A stretch of 38,186 bases of DNA from an uncultured Gammaproteobacteria bacterium (GTDB lineage: Bacteria > Patescibacteriota > Microgenomatia > UBA1406), in the NCBI GenBank assembly GCA_964358525.1, contig CAYHPU010000002.1, positions 1-38,186 on the forward strand, given 5' to 3'. Below the pieces are notes generated by a model. The model saw only the letters and a program-made list of their open reading frames with translations, had not been told where the DNA came from and did no database searches. The position numbers and the translations under genes were made by a program. Of the stretch, positions 14,852 to 23,161 are shown one piece after another; the stretch's first letter is position 1; every line of letters begins with the position of its first letter.

Positions 14852-15946
14852 TCAAATGACCTTTTTTTCTTGCAAAAAGGAAACGATCTCTTTATGAATC
14901 TCATCCTTTGTTCGAAGTGCATTATTTTTCACGCAATCTATTTTGTGCCAGTGTTTTTTTTGCTTACATAACGTTAAAAACATTTCTTCGCTGTTACGGC
15001 GATAGTCCATATCTTTCTCAACAATATCCATTTCCTGTCCTTTTGTGTAACCCCTGGCTGCTTTCTTTTTAGTTAATTCGTATCCAACTTTCCACGGCAC
15101 ATAGAGGTACAGAACAATATTTTCTTTGGGGATTTTATGAATTTTATATTCGAGCTCGTATACCCACTTTAAAAATTTTTGCCTTTCTAAAGGGTTATCA
15201 AACCTTCCTGCCTGGTGACCCATGTTTGATGTTGCATAGCGATTACAAATAATTATGCCACCCTTTTTAAGGAAATCATTCATTTCTTCTTTTACTGCGG
15301 CCCTGTCGAGTGCGTATGCCAGCGACGCGAGATACGGCGAGATAGTATCGAGTGTTCCAAATTCGCCAGATAATAACCTTCCAATTGTTTCCCCATGAAA
15401 TGAAGAGTAATATTGCGGAAAGTCGTATATCCGGTACGGAACTTTTTTCGAAGTCAAATAATCCGCCAGTAATTGTGTTTGAGTAGCTTTTCCCGAACCG
15501 TCTCCCCCATCGATTACAATTAAATTTCCTGAATTTTTTTTTATAAAGCTGAGATGATCTATAAATTTTTTTAAGACGTATTTAAGACTCTTCTCGTCAT
15601 AATGCTCTATAAAAAGATTGTCTGAGGGGTTTCCCGAAAGCATAGGAGTAAGTTCGTCCTTATGTTCCTTGTAGATTAGCGCGAGAACCGGAATGTCCTT
15701 TGTTAGCGCATACACAATTTGCCCCCCTAAGTCCATCGTGGGGTTCGTAACATCTGCTATAACACAATCTGCAGTTTCTATATTCTTTTTCTGATGAAGA
15801 AACAGGTCTCTGTCTGAGAATTTCTCGTGAAAAATACCATTGAGTATAGTATGCTTCCCGTGTTTAAGGCGTGAAATTAAGGACTGTATTCTTTTCTCGT
15901 AGCCGGCTGCATCTCGTTTTATTGATAAAGCAAGTGCAACGCGCAT
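14852..15946 (-). CDS. tmk: Fusion: N-terminal nucleoside 2-deoxyribosyltransferase-like domain plus C-terminal thymidylate (dTMP) kinase
   Basis: The C-terminal half has the P-loop VIDGGDGSGKATQ and an NRY motif. The N-terminal ~140 aa resemble 11510..11878. Confidence 0.8.
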   Translation of the reverse strand: MRVALALSIKRDAAGYEKRIQSLISRLKHGKHTILNGIFHEKFSDRDLFLHQKKNIETADCVIADVTNPTMDLGGQIVYALTKDIPVLALIYKEHKDELTPMLSGNPSDNLFIEHYDEKSLKYVLKKFIDHLSFIKKNSGNLIVIDGGDGSGKATQTQLLADYLTSKKVPYRIYDFPQYYSSFHGETIGRLLSGEFGTLDTISPYLASLAYALDRAAVKEEMNDFLKKGGIIICNRYATSNMGHQAGRFDNPLERQKFLKWVYELEYKIHKIPKENIVLYLYVPWKVGYELTKKKAARGYTKGQEMDIVEKDMDYRRNSEEMFLTLCKQKKHWHKIDCVKNNALRTKDEIHKEIVSFLQEKKVI

Positions 15947-16050
15947 AGTGTATTGTATACCCTCTATAATTAAAATGCCACGGTTCTTCGGGTATTGGTC
16001 CCACTAAGCTGCATTTCATCACTGACTACGAAATCCAGCATAAGTGTGAC

Positions 16051-16815
16051 CTAATCTACAATAAGCAACGGAACGGCAGGTGTCATACTCGTTTTAATAA
16101 AAGCAGACACGATATTCTTTTTCTGGACAGTAGATAGAAACATCGTAACATTTTCTTCTAATTGTTTCTCTGTGAAGGTAATTTTTCCTACAACCTGATG
16201 CATTATGGGGAATTTTGGCTCTGTTTTATAATTAAGAGATCCTGCTAAAAACTTTTTCTTGGCCGCTTCAATATTTTCGGTTAACGTGCCTCTCTTTGGA
16301 GTCGGCATAAGTCCCTTAGGTCCAAGCAGTTTTGAAAATTTAACCATTGATTTCATATCGGACGGTACGGCAAGCAGAACATCAAAGTCTATTATATTTT
16401 TTTTCAGTTTTTCTTCTAGCTCGGGTGAGAAAATTGCAACTTTTACTTCTTTTCCGGTACCATGTGGCAACATGAGTTCCCCCTTGACAGACATGTCGAT
16501 TGTATTAACATGAAGCTCTACTGAGGCAGGAAAAGATTCAAAAGACATCTTTTTTAATAAAGCCACGGCCTCGGTAACAGAATAATGCTTCGATTTTATA
16601 ATAAAGTCTCGCGCCTTGAGATATTTCTTCCCGTGCTTCCTTACAACAGGTACTCTCTTCTTCTTCTCTACTTTGCCCACCGCTGAAATTACTTCTTCCT
16701 TCTTTGCATTTTTCTGTTCAAGTTTCTTGTCTTTTTTATCCTTCTTATCAGCTTTTTTTTGTACAAGCTCTTCTGCTGATTCTGCTCCAAGAATAGTTTT
16801 TTTAGTTTTGCCCAT
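16051..16815 (-). CDS. rplA: 50S ribosomal protein L1 with a ~58-aa Lys-rich N-terminal extension
   Basis: The canonical L1 core starts at ..HGKKYLKA... ATG 16815 lies 4 nt after the rplK stop. No alternative start codon is seen near the core. Confidence 0.9.
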   Translation of the reverse strand: MGKTKKTILGAESAEELVQKKADKKDKKDKKLEQKNAKKEEVISAVGKVEKKKRVPVVRKHGKKYLKARDFIIKSKHYSVTEAVALLKKMSFESFPASVELHVNTIDMSVKGELMLPHGTGKEVKVAIFSPELEEKLKKNIIDFDVLLAVPSDMKSMVKFSKLLGPKGLMPTPKRGTLTENIEAAKKKFLAGSLNYKTEPKFPIMHQVVGKITFTEKQLEENVTMFLSTVQKKNIVSAFIKTSMTPAVPLLIVD

Positions 16816-16819
16816 AGTT

Positions 16820-17242
16820 TTATATAATATCAACCCCCATACTACGTGCGGTACCGGCAACTATTTTCATTGCCTGATTAAGATTTTCGGTATTTAAATC
16901 TTTTAATTTCTCTGTAGCAATTGCTTTTACCTGCTGTTTTGTTAACTGACCGACTTTTTCCTTATTCGGTTTGCCAGATCCAAGTTTGAGGTTTAGTGCC
17001 TTCTTAATTAGTTCTGCAACCGGTGGTAATTTTGTTACAAAAGTAAAAGTTCTGTCTTCATACACAGTAATAATAACCGGAATAATTTGCCCTCGTTGCT
17101 TTGCTGTTGCCTCATTATATTTCTTAATAAAATCCATAATGGGAACGCCATGTTGGCCTAGTGCTGGACCTGCGGGGGGCGCTGCTGTAGCAACTCCGGC
17201 TGGTAAATTGAGTTTAATGAGTGCTTTAATTTTCTTTGCCAT
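16820..17242 (-). CDS. rplK: 50S ribosomal protein L11
   Basis: [24 protein letters not shown] signature. Confidence 0.95.
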   Translation of the reverse strand: MAKKIKALIKLNLPAGVATAAPPAGPALGQHGVPIMDFIKKYNEATAKQRGQIIPVIITVYEDRTFTFVTKLPPVAELIKKALNLKLGSGKPNKEKVGQLTKQQVKAIATEKLKDLNTENLNQAMKIVAGTARSMGVDII

Positions 17243-17245
17243 ATA

Positions 17246-17812
17246 TTATATTTTTTGAATCTGTAGGAAATCTAAATCTATTGGAGTTTCTCGACCAAAA
17301 ATAGAAATAAGAACCTTTACCTTGCCCTGACTTTCATCAACTGATTGGATTGTACCAAGGAAATCGGTAAAAGGTCCATCGATAATTTTAACCGCCTCGC
17401 TTGCAGAAAACTTAGTTTTGAATTTTGGTGATTCCTCTAACGCAAACTTGAGGATAGCTTCTACTTCCTTTTCGGAAATAGGGGTGGGTTTATTCCCAGC
17501 GCCAACAAACCCCGTTACTCCCTCTGTTGTCCGTACAACAAGCCAACTATCGTCATTGAGGAGCATATTAACTAAAATATAGCCAGGAAATAGCTTTTCC
17601 TTAACTTGTTTCTTTTTTCCCTGTTTTATCGTGATAATATCACGCATAGGAATAATAACACTATAAATTTGCTCTTCAAACCCGAGTGTCTTAATACGCT
17701 GTTCTAAGCTTTGCTTTGTACGTTGTTCATAACCGGCTTGTGTATGAACCACATACCAATGCGCATTTGGATTTACTGGCTTTTGAACGGGTTGTATTAC
17801 TTCTTCTTCCAT
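17246..17812 (-). CDS. nusG: Transcription termination/antitermination factor NusG
   Basis: WYVVHTQAGYE NGN start and a KOW-type C-terminus. Start trimmed to ATG 17812 to avoid overlap with secE. Confidence 0.9.
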   Translation of the reverse strand: MEEEVIQPVQKPVNPNAHWYVVHTQAGYEQRTKQSLEQRIKTLGFEEQIYSVIIPMRDIITIKQGKKKQVKEKLFPGYILVNMLLNDDSWLVVRTTEGVTGFVGAGNKPTPISEKEVEAILKFALEESPKFKTKFSASEAVKIIDGPFTDFLGTIQSVDESQGKVKVLISIFGRETPIDLDFLQIQKI

Positions 17813-17817
17813 ATACG

Positions 17818-18018
17818 TTATTTTTTTAGGGACAGAACTATTTGTAAAAGTTTTGCAAGTGCAATATCTAAAACACCTGTATAGAGTCCGACAAGAACAG
17901 AAATTATAACAACGACCAACGTAAGATGCAAGGCATCCTTTCGGCTTGGCCATTCAACTTTTTTTACCTCGTCTGCAATTCCTTTGAAAATAGTGGGATT
18001 TATAGAACCCTTGTTCAT
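17818..18018 (-). CDS. secE: Preprotein translocase subunit SecE
   Basis: 66 aa with EVKKVEWPSRKD followed by a single TM. Conserved secE-nusG-rplK-rplA order. Confidence 0.88.
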   Translation of the reverse strand: MNKGSINPTIFKGIADEVKKVEWPSRKDALHLTLVVVIISVLVGLYTGVLDIALAKLLQIVLSLKK

Positions 18019-18025
18019 AATTGAG

Positions 18026-18031
18026 ATTATA
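18026..18031 (-). promoter_or_regulatory. TATAAT hexamer 7 nt upstream of the secE ATG
   Basis: Reverse complement reads TATAAT-CTCAATT-ATG. Confidence 0.45.
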
Positions 18032-18063
18032 TGCTAAGAAAACCCTTTTAACAAACATAAAGT

Positions 18064-18122
18064 AAAAACCCCACCTTAATCCTCCCCTCCGCCAGCTGGC
18101 GGATAGGGGAGGCGAGGAGGGG
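18064..18122 (-). terminator. Long GC-rich imperfect hairpin plus T-run: terminator of the PBP gene, and a member of a repeat family
   Basis: Palindromic core GCCAGCTGGC with flanking CCTCCCCTCC / GGATAGGGGAGG arms. On the minus strand the stem is followed by TTTTT. Confidence 0.65.
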
Positions 18123-18128
18123 TAAATT

Positions 18129-20774
18129 TTATATCGCTGGAACAACGCTAGTTGGCGTTGGGGCAGTTGTTGTAGGCACCGGGGTAGCCGGAGGCGCAGA
18201 TGTTGGGGTTGGTATTGCATCTTGGTTTACCCCAACAAGTATCTCTTTCTCTGTTTTTTTACCCTTGCTGTTCTCTGCTACAAATTTAAGGCGATAAATT
18301 CCATCTGAAAGATTAATTCGTTGGTCGATAACTGTTTCTTTGGTATTAATCTTCTCGGAATCATTTACTAATAATTTAAAGTACGATAAGGTTTCGGTAG
18401 AAAAAGTCCGTGCAAGAATATCAATATCGTTCCCTACGCGAGATCGGTCTAACGGCTTAGTGAGCGTTATACTAATGCTATCGGCGTTATCTGTTGAGGT
18501 TTCCCGAGGAACTTTCCACTTTTCGTCGCTCTGTTCGGAAGCCCATTTACTTATTGCCTCTTGCCATCTATTCTTTCCATCGAGAGAAACGGGATCCGAC
18601 TCAGTTACCAGATAAAATTCCTTTTCATCATAATTTCCCGAACCTATTTCTACGGTATTTGCCAGTTTATCTCCCGATTTCGACACTTTTAACTTTTTAT
18701 AAAAGGGGGAAACCGCTTTCGGTTCTGTCCCTTCACGATAATATTCAACGCGTTTCGGAATCCCCTCCTTCTGCAGGCCGCCAAAAAAAGAATCTATTTC
18801 CACCGCTTTTACTTTGTCCGGCTTATCCATAATGCCATCTTTATAGCCTTTTTTGAACGCATAATTAAATAACCGATACCAAATAGGCGCTGCTCCCGAC
18901 ACGCCAGAGGCTAGCGCAGGATTCATTTTACTATTATCGTTATTTCCCACCCATACTCCAATTACTATGTCCTTCGTAAAACCAATTGTCCAGTTGTCCC
19001 TTTTATCGTCGGTCGTTCCTGTCTTTGCTCCTACTGTTTTGCCTGGAATATTCAAATAATTATGTGGCCCGAATGTTAAGAGTCGAGCATTATTGTCACT
19101 CATTATGTGTGAAATAACAAATGATGTTTCCGTAGAAAAAATTTGTCGAGATTGCTCTTGAGACGGTTTAAATAGTAATTTATTTGAATAGTCGCGAACC
19201 TCCGTTACTGCTCGTGAGTTTACTGACTTTCCACCGCTAGCCAAACTCGCATACGCTGAAACAAGATCTACTAACCGAACCTCTCCCCCTCCCAAAGTAA
19301 TTGATAACCCAAAACGCTTCATATTTTGCTCGGTTGGAGCTAGAGTTGTGAGTCCCGCATCATATACTTTTTGAAGAAACGGCTGCAGCCCCACCATAGC
19401 AATTGTTTTGACCGCTGTTACGTTTAACGAACTTCCGAGAGAAAACCGCAGTTGAACAGGGCCACGATACTTCCCGTCATAATTTACCGGAATATATGGC
19501 TTATCGAGCTCTTCTGAACCCGTTTTTATTCCCGTTGAAAACTCAGTAGGTACATCCATAGTCATACTCCCTGCTGTTAAACCTTTCTCGAGCGCTACCG
19601 CATACGTGAATGGCTTAAGAGTAGAACCAGGTTGACGTAAACCGAGCGCCGCATTAAATTTTCCAAATTTATCGTTATTGTAGTCAACGGAGCCAACCAT
19701 TGCTAAAATACTACCGTCTTTCGGGCTCATTATTACAACGGCGCCATTTGAAATAGAAAGGCCTTTTGCTTTTTTTATTTCCTCCCGTACAATTTTCTCC
19801 GCCTCTCGTTGTAAATCGAGATCAAGTGTGGTTTTAATGACGAGGCCTTTTTTAAAAAGTAGATCTTCACCTACTAGGTTCTTTAAGATATTCTCAACAT
19901 AAAATACAAAATGCCCTCCTGTTAGAAAATCACTTTTTTTTTTGAAGGTAACTGTGGGCAGTTGCTTTAAGTAGAGTGCTTCCTTGGCTTTTGAGATATA
20001 GCCATCCTCCCGCATACGTCGTAGAACAGCCTTTGTTCTGTTAATATACGCGTCTTTTACTCCGAAAATAGGAGAATAGATACTGGGACTTTGTGGCAGA
20101 CCCGACAGAATTGCTCCTTCTATAACCGACAATTCTTTTGCTGGCTTTCCAAAGTAGTAACGGGCTGCCGATTCAATTCCATACGTCGTGCCACCATAAG
20201 GGATTTGATTTAGGTACATCTCTATAATTTGGTCTTTAGAATAACGGCGTTCAACCTCTACCGCCAAAATGAATTCTTTAATCTTTCGCCAGATAGTTTT
20301 CTCCGATGAGAGTAGTGTATTCTTTACTAGTTGTTGGGTGAGTGTCGAGCCACCTTCGCTACTCCTAAATATAAGGTTTCGAATAAACGCACGTAAAATT
20401 CCCTCAGGTGAAAATCCCTTGTGTTTGTAAAATTCTTTATCTTCAACAGCTACTGTTGCTTGAATTACCGCTTTTGGAATATCTTTAAACTCTATCGGTA
20501 CAATATTTTTATCTTGATATACCTGATAAATTACTTTCCCTGTGCGGTCGAGAATGGTAGTTGCATATTTTGTGTTTGTGACAATGGTCCCTGGTGTCGG
20601 AAGGTCGCGAATAATAAGTGTTAATGAAATAAATGGAATAATAATGAACAAGAAAAGCGCGGCAACGGCGTAGTACCACGCCGGATATTTCCTAAAAAAA
20701 CGGGCGGTCTCACTTGCAAGACGATCAAATGTAAGAACCCGTCGACGTGAAACGTAAGCGAAGTCTCTGCGCAT
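18129..20774 (-). CDS. Class A penicillin-binding protein (transglycosylase + transpeptidase) with a C-terminal beta-rich domain and Pro/Thr-rich tail
   Basis: N-terminal TM. GT51 motifs EDKEFYKHKGF and GGSTLTQQ. Transpeptidase motifs SxxK (STLK), SLN and KTGTT. Tail is PTPTSAPPATPVPTTTAPTPTS. Confidence 0.92.
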   Translation of the reverse strand: MRRDFAYVSRRRVLTFDRLASETARFFRKYPAWYYAVAALFLFIIIPFISLTLIIRDLPTPGTIVTNTKYATTILDRTGKVIYQVYQDKNIVPIEFKDIPKAVIQATVAVEDKEFYKHKGFSPEGILRAFIRNLIFRSSEGGSTLTQQLVKNTLLSSEKTIWRKIKEFILAVEVERRYSKDQIIEMYLNQIPYGGTTYGIESAARYYFGKPAKELSVIEGAILSGLPQSPSIYSPIFGVKDAYINRTKAVLRRMREDGYISKAKEALYLKQLPTVTFKKKSDFLTGGHFVFYVENILKNLVGEDLLFKKGLVIKTTLDLDLQREAEKIVREEIKKAKGLSISNGAVVIMSPKDGSILAMVGSVDYNNDKFGKFNAALGLRQPGSTLKPFTYAVALEKGLTAGSMTMDVPTEFSTGIKTGSEELDKPYIPVNYDGKYRGPVQLRFSLGSSLNVTAVKTIAMVGLQPFLQKVYDAGLTTLAPTEQNMKRFGLSITLGGGEVRLVDLVSAYASLASGGKSVNSRAVTEVRDYSNKLLFKPSQEQSRQIFSTETSFVISHIMSDNNARLLTFGPHNYLNIPGKTVGAKTGTTDDKRDNWTIGFTKDIVIGVWVGNNDNSKMNPALASGVSGAAPIWYRLFNYAFKKGYKDGIMDKPDKVKAVEIDSFFGGLQKEGIPKRVEYYREGTEPKAVSPFYKKLKVSKSGDKLANTVEIGSGNYDEKEFYLVTESDPVSLDGKNRWQEAISKWASEQSDEKWKVPRETSTDNADSISITLTKPLDRSRVGNDIDILARTFSTETLSYFKLLVNDSEKINTKETVIDQRINLSDGIYRLKFVAENSKGKKTEKEILVGVNQDAIPTPTSAPPATPVPTTTAPTPTSVVPAI

Positions 20775-20780
20775 CCTTAC

Positions 20781-20786
20781 ATTATA
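20781..20786 (-). promoter_or_regulatory. TATAAT hexamer 6 nt upstream of the PBP ATG
   Basis: Reverse complement reads TATAAT-GTAAGG-ATG. Confidence 0.45.
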
Positions 20787-20807
20787 GCTAAAATAAAAAT
20801 GAAAATA

Positions 20808-20847
20808 CCCCTCCTTAATCCTCCCCTATTAGTGGAGGTGGGGTTTT
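20808..20847 (+). repeat. GC-rich hairpin repeat (CCCCTCCTTAATCCTCCCCT...GGAGGTGGGG), related to 18069-18122
   Basis: The first 20 nt match 18069-18088 at 19 of 20 positions, in the same orientation. Confidence 0.6.
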
Positions 20848-20868
20848 ACAATGTTGTATAATTTATAT

Positions 20869-20976
20869 ATGAAGCATATTCGTAAATTCATAAAAAAACA
20901 TTGGAGGAATGCAGTTATTATTCTTGTTTCTTTGTTATTACTTATGTCTTCCTTTCTCCCCTATTTCCTTAGATGA
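20869..20976 (+). CDS. Candidate 35-aa single-TM peptide (MKHIRKFIKKHWRNAVIILVSLLLLMSSFLPYFLR), translationally coupled to recG
   Basis: TATAAT at 20857-20862 is 6 nt upstream of the ATG. The stop overlaps the recG start (ATGA at 20973-20976). Confidence 0.4.
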   Translation: MKHIRKFIKKHWRNAVIILVSLLLLMSSFLPYFLR

Positions 20977-22994
20977 TTACAAAGTCTCTTTCCTTAACGG
21001 ACAGCATTCTTAAAATAACTGGAATTGGTCCCTCAACCTATCTTAATTTCGAAAAGAGGAACATTCGAACTGTACAAGAATTGCTTCTCTACTATCCTAT
21101 TGGATATGACGATTACTCAAAAATAGTTCCCATAAATGCTGTACGACCCGGAGATACCTGCACGCTTAACGGAGAATTGAAGAGTATACAAACATCGTTT
21201 TCTAAAAGTAGCCGTATAACGATCCAGAAAGGTATTTTTACTGATTCATCTGGGTCTATCGACCTCGTGTGGTTTAACCAACCTTTTTTACTCAATTCTT
21301 TGAAAAAAGGCCAGCGCTATCTTATTTCAGGGAAGGTTGATTTTTTTGCAGGAAGGAAGGTACTAAAACCAGAATCACTTGAGCTCTATACAACGAAACC
21401 ACTCCATACAGCACGCATTGTCCCTCGCTATAGCTCGGTAAACGGTGTTTCTGACCGACTTATCCGGGGTAAGATTGACTATATTTTCAAGGAAGCACAA
21501 GATTTGAATTTACCCGATGCCCTCCCTGCCAACATTCGAATACAAGAACGCCTCATATCAAAAAATGAAGTAACTCGATACTTGCATCAACCGGAAAACC
21601 ATGAGCAGGTTGAACGAGCTGTTTTCCGCATACAATTTGATAGCCTGCTTGAACTTACTATTCAACAGAAAATTATTAAGAATCGTATACAGGCATTTGA
21701 TAGTTATATCTTTAATGTAAATGAAATTGATGTCTCAACGTTCAAGCAATCTGCCTTTCCTTTCACCTTCACTCCTGCTCAAGAAAAAGCATTGTCTGAA
21801 ATTTGCGCTGACATGGGAAGTCCCCACCCGATGAATCGACTGCTACTCGGCGACGTTGGCTCGGGTAAAACTGCCGTGTTTGCAACTGCTGCGTTTATTG
21901 CGTTACTAAACAATAAAAAGGTGATTATTTTAGCCCCCACTGAAATACTTTTGCAACAGCACAATGATGTCCTTACAAAAGTCTTTGCGCATACCAAGTA
22001 TAAAGTACAAGTTCTGAGTTCTAAAGACAAGACGAGAGAGATTGATACCGCAGATGTTTTGATAACTACCCATGCTATCTTGTATAAGAATGACTTACCC
22101 AGAGGAATTGGTCTTATTATAATTGACGAACAACACCGATTTGGCGTTAGCCAGCGTTTTGAGCTAATAAAGAAGGCGACGGTACATAAAATTACTCCCC
22201 ATGTATTGACCGTTTCGGCCACCCCAATACCTCGCTCGCTTGCCCTTATCCTACATGGTTCCCTTGATTTGTCTGTAATTGACGAGCTTCCGAAAGGAAG
22301 AATTCCCGTTATAACTCGTTTGGTAACCGATTCTGTGCGGATAAAGGCATACGAATGGCTCGGAAGGCAGATTTCAACGTCCGGAATGCAAATTTTTGTT
22401 GTATGCCCACTCATTGACGATTCGGAAACGGACAAAAGTGCCGAACTGAAGTCCGTATCGTCTGCATATGAAGAGTTGAAAAAGGCATTTCCAACCCGTT
22501 CAATTGAGATAATTCATAGTAAATTGAAGAATCAACAAGAAATTATAGAAAAGTTTCGCAATCGTACAATTGACATTCTTGTTGCAACGACGGTCGTTGA
22601 AGTTGGCGTAGACATTCCAAACGCAACGTGTATGGTTGTCGAAAACGCGGATCGATTTGGTCTAGCTCAACTCCATCAACTGCGCGGACGCGTCGGTCGC
22701 GGGTCTCAACAATCCTATTGCCTTCTTTTTAGTAACAATTATAGTGAGGTTGCGCGCAGAAGACTTACTGCAATGACCGAAATAACAAACGGTTTTAAAC
22801 TTGCTGAGCTCGATCTGGAGATTCGCGGCCCAGGAGTTCTCCTCGGAACAACACAGCATGGCTTCGATTCTCTCGTTATGCCACATTTATTTAATGCACC
22901 TCTTCTAAAAAGAATAAGCGAAATAGCAGATCTCCTTCTTGCAAAGAATGGTGAGAGCAGTTATACTACCATAGTTCCTCTTTACTTAAATTAA
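20973..22994 (+). CDS. recG: ATP-dependent DNA helicase RecG
   Basis: Wedge/OB N-terminus, helicase motifs GDVGSGKT, DEQHRFG and QLRGRVGRG. Confidence 0.92.
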   Translation: MITKSLSLTDSILKITGIGPSTYLNFEKRNIRTVQELLLYYPIGYDDYSKIVPINAVRPGDTCTLNGELKSIQTSFSKSSRITIQKGIFTDSSGSIDLVWFNQPFLLNSLKKGQRYLISGKVDFFAGRKVLKPESLELYTTKPLHTARIVPRYSSVNGVSDRLIRGKIDYIFKEAQDLNLPDALPANIRIQERLISKNEVTRYLHQPENHEQVERAVFRIQFDSLLELTIQQKIIKNRIQAFDSYIFNVNEIDVSTFKQSAFPFTFTPAQEKALSEICADMGSPHPMNRLLLGDVGSGKTAVFATAAFIALLNNKKVIILAPTEILLQQHNDVLTKVFAHTKYKVQVLSSKDKTREIDTADVLITTHAILYKNDLPRGIGLIIIDEQHRFGVSQRFELIKKATVHKITPHVLTVSATPIPRSLALILHGSLDLSVIDELPKGRIPVITRLVTDSVRIKAYEWLGRQISTSGMQIFVVCPLIDDSETDKSAELKSVSSAYEELKKAFPTRSIEIIHSKLKNQQEIIEKFRNRTIDILVATTVVEVGVDIPNATCMVVENADRFGLAQLHQLRGRVGRGSQQSYCLLFSNNYSEVARRRLTAMTEITNGFKLAELDLEIRGPGVLLGTTQHGFDSLVMPHLFNAPLLKRISEIADLLLAKNGESSYTTIVPLYLN

Positions 22995-23001
22995 ATAATA
23001 T

Positions 23002-23151
23002 ATGGCAGCAACACCAAAACGCAAAATATCTACCTATCGAAAAGGTAAACGATTTGCCGGTCATAAACTATTGTTGACGAGGGCTATGAAATGCCCACAG
23101 TGTGGCACAGCAAAAAAATCCCACTTTCTCTGTACATCGTGCGGAAAGTAA
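23002..23151 (+). CDS. rpmF: 50S ribosomal protein L32 (49 aa; below the ORF-track length cutoff)
   Basis: Hand translation gives MAATPKRKISTYRKGKRFAGHKLLLTRAMKCPQCGTAKKSHFLCTSCGK, with the typical N-terminus and CxxC..CxxC zinc ribbon. Confidence 0.85.
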   Translation: MAATPKRKISTYRKGKRFAGHKLLLTRAMKCPQCGTAKKSHFLCTSCGK

Positions 23152-23161
23152 CTAATCTTTC

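Noticed and set aside
15947-16050. rplJ-rplL and their leader are absent downstream of rplA, and this 104-nt gap might contain a terminator or regulatory RNA.
   Set aside because: No convincing hairpin plus U-tract or conserved leader structure could be folded by eye. The synteny break alone is not informative without the rest of the genome.
16816-16860. Longer N-terminal extensions are offered by the ORF track for rplA (to 16860), nusG (to 17953), pilN (to 25771), pilin 3 (to 29870), pilin 5 (to 30928), pilT (35810), pilB (34090), the GT39-like gene (11922) and the Ig-like protein (to 11588).
   Set aside because: The extensions overlap the upstream gene, or consist of repeat-derived sequence or improbable Cys-rich sequence. 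Internal ATGs give canonical N-termini and tight operon spacing or a TATAAT-N6-8 context.
21779-22435. A 218-aa minus-strand ORF lies inside recG. Similar antisense ORFs occur at 29575..30111, 10093..10395, 16616..16897, 16971..17258, 17954..18220, 18340..18832, 24065..24388, 7049..7327 and 9261..9866, among others.
   Set aside because: Each lies entirely within, and antisense or out of frame to, a gene with strong homology signatures. They have low-complexity or Cys/Ser/Leu-rich composition typical of shadow ORFs, and no start-site signals.
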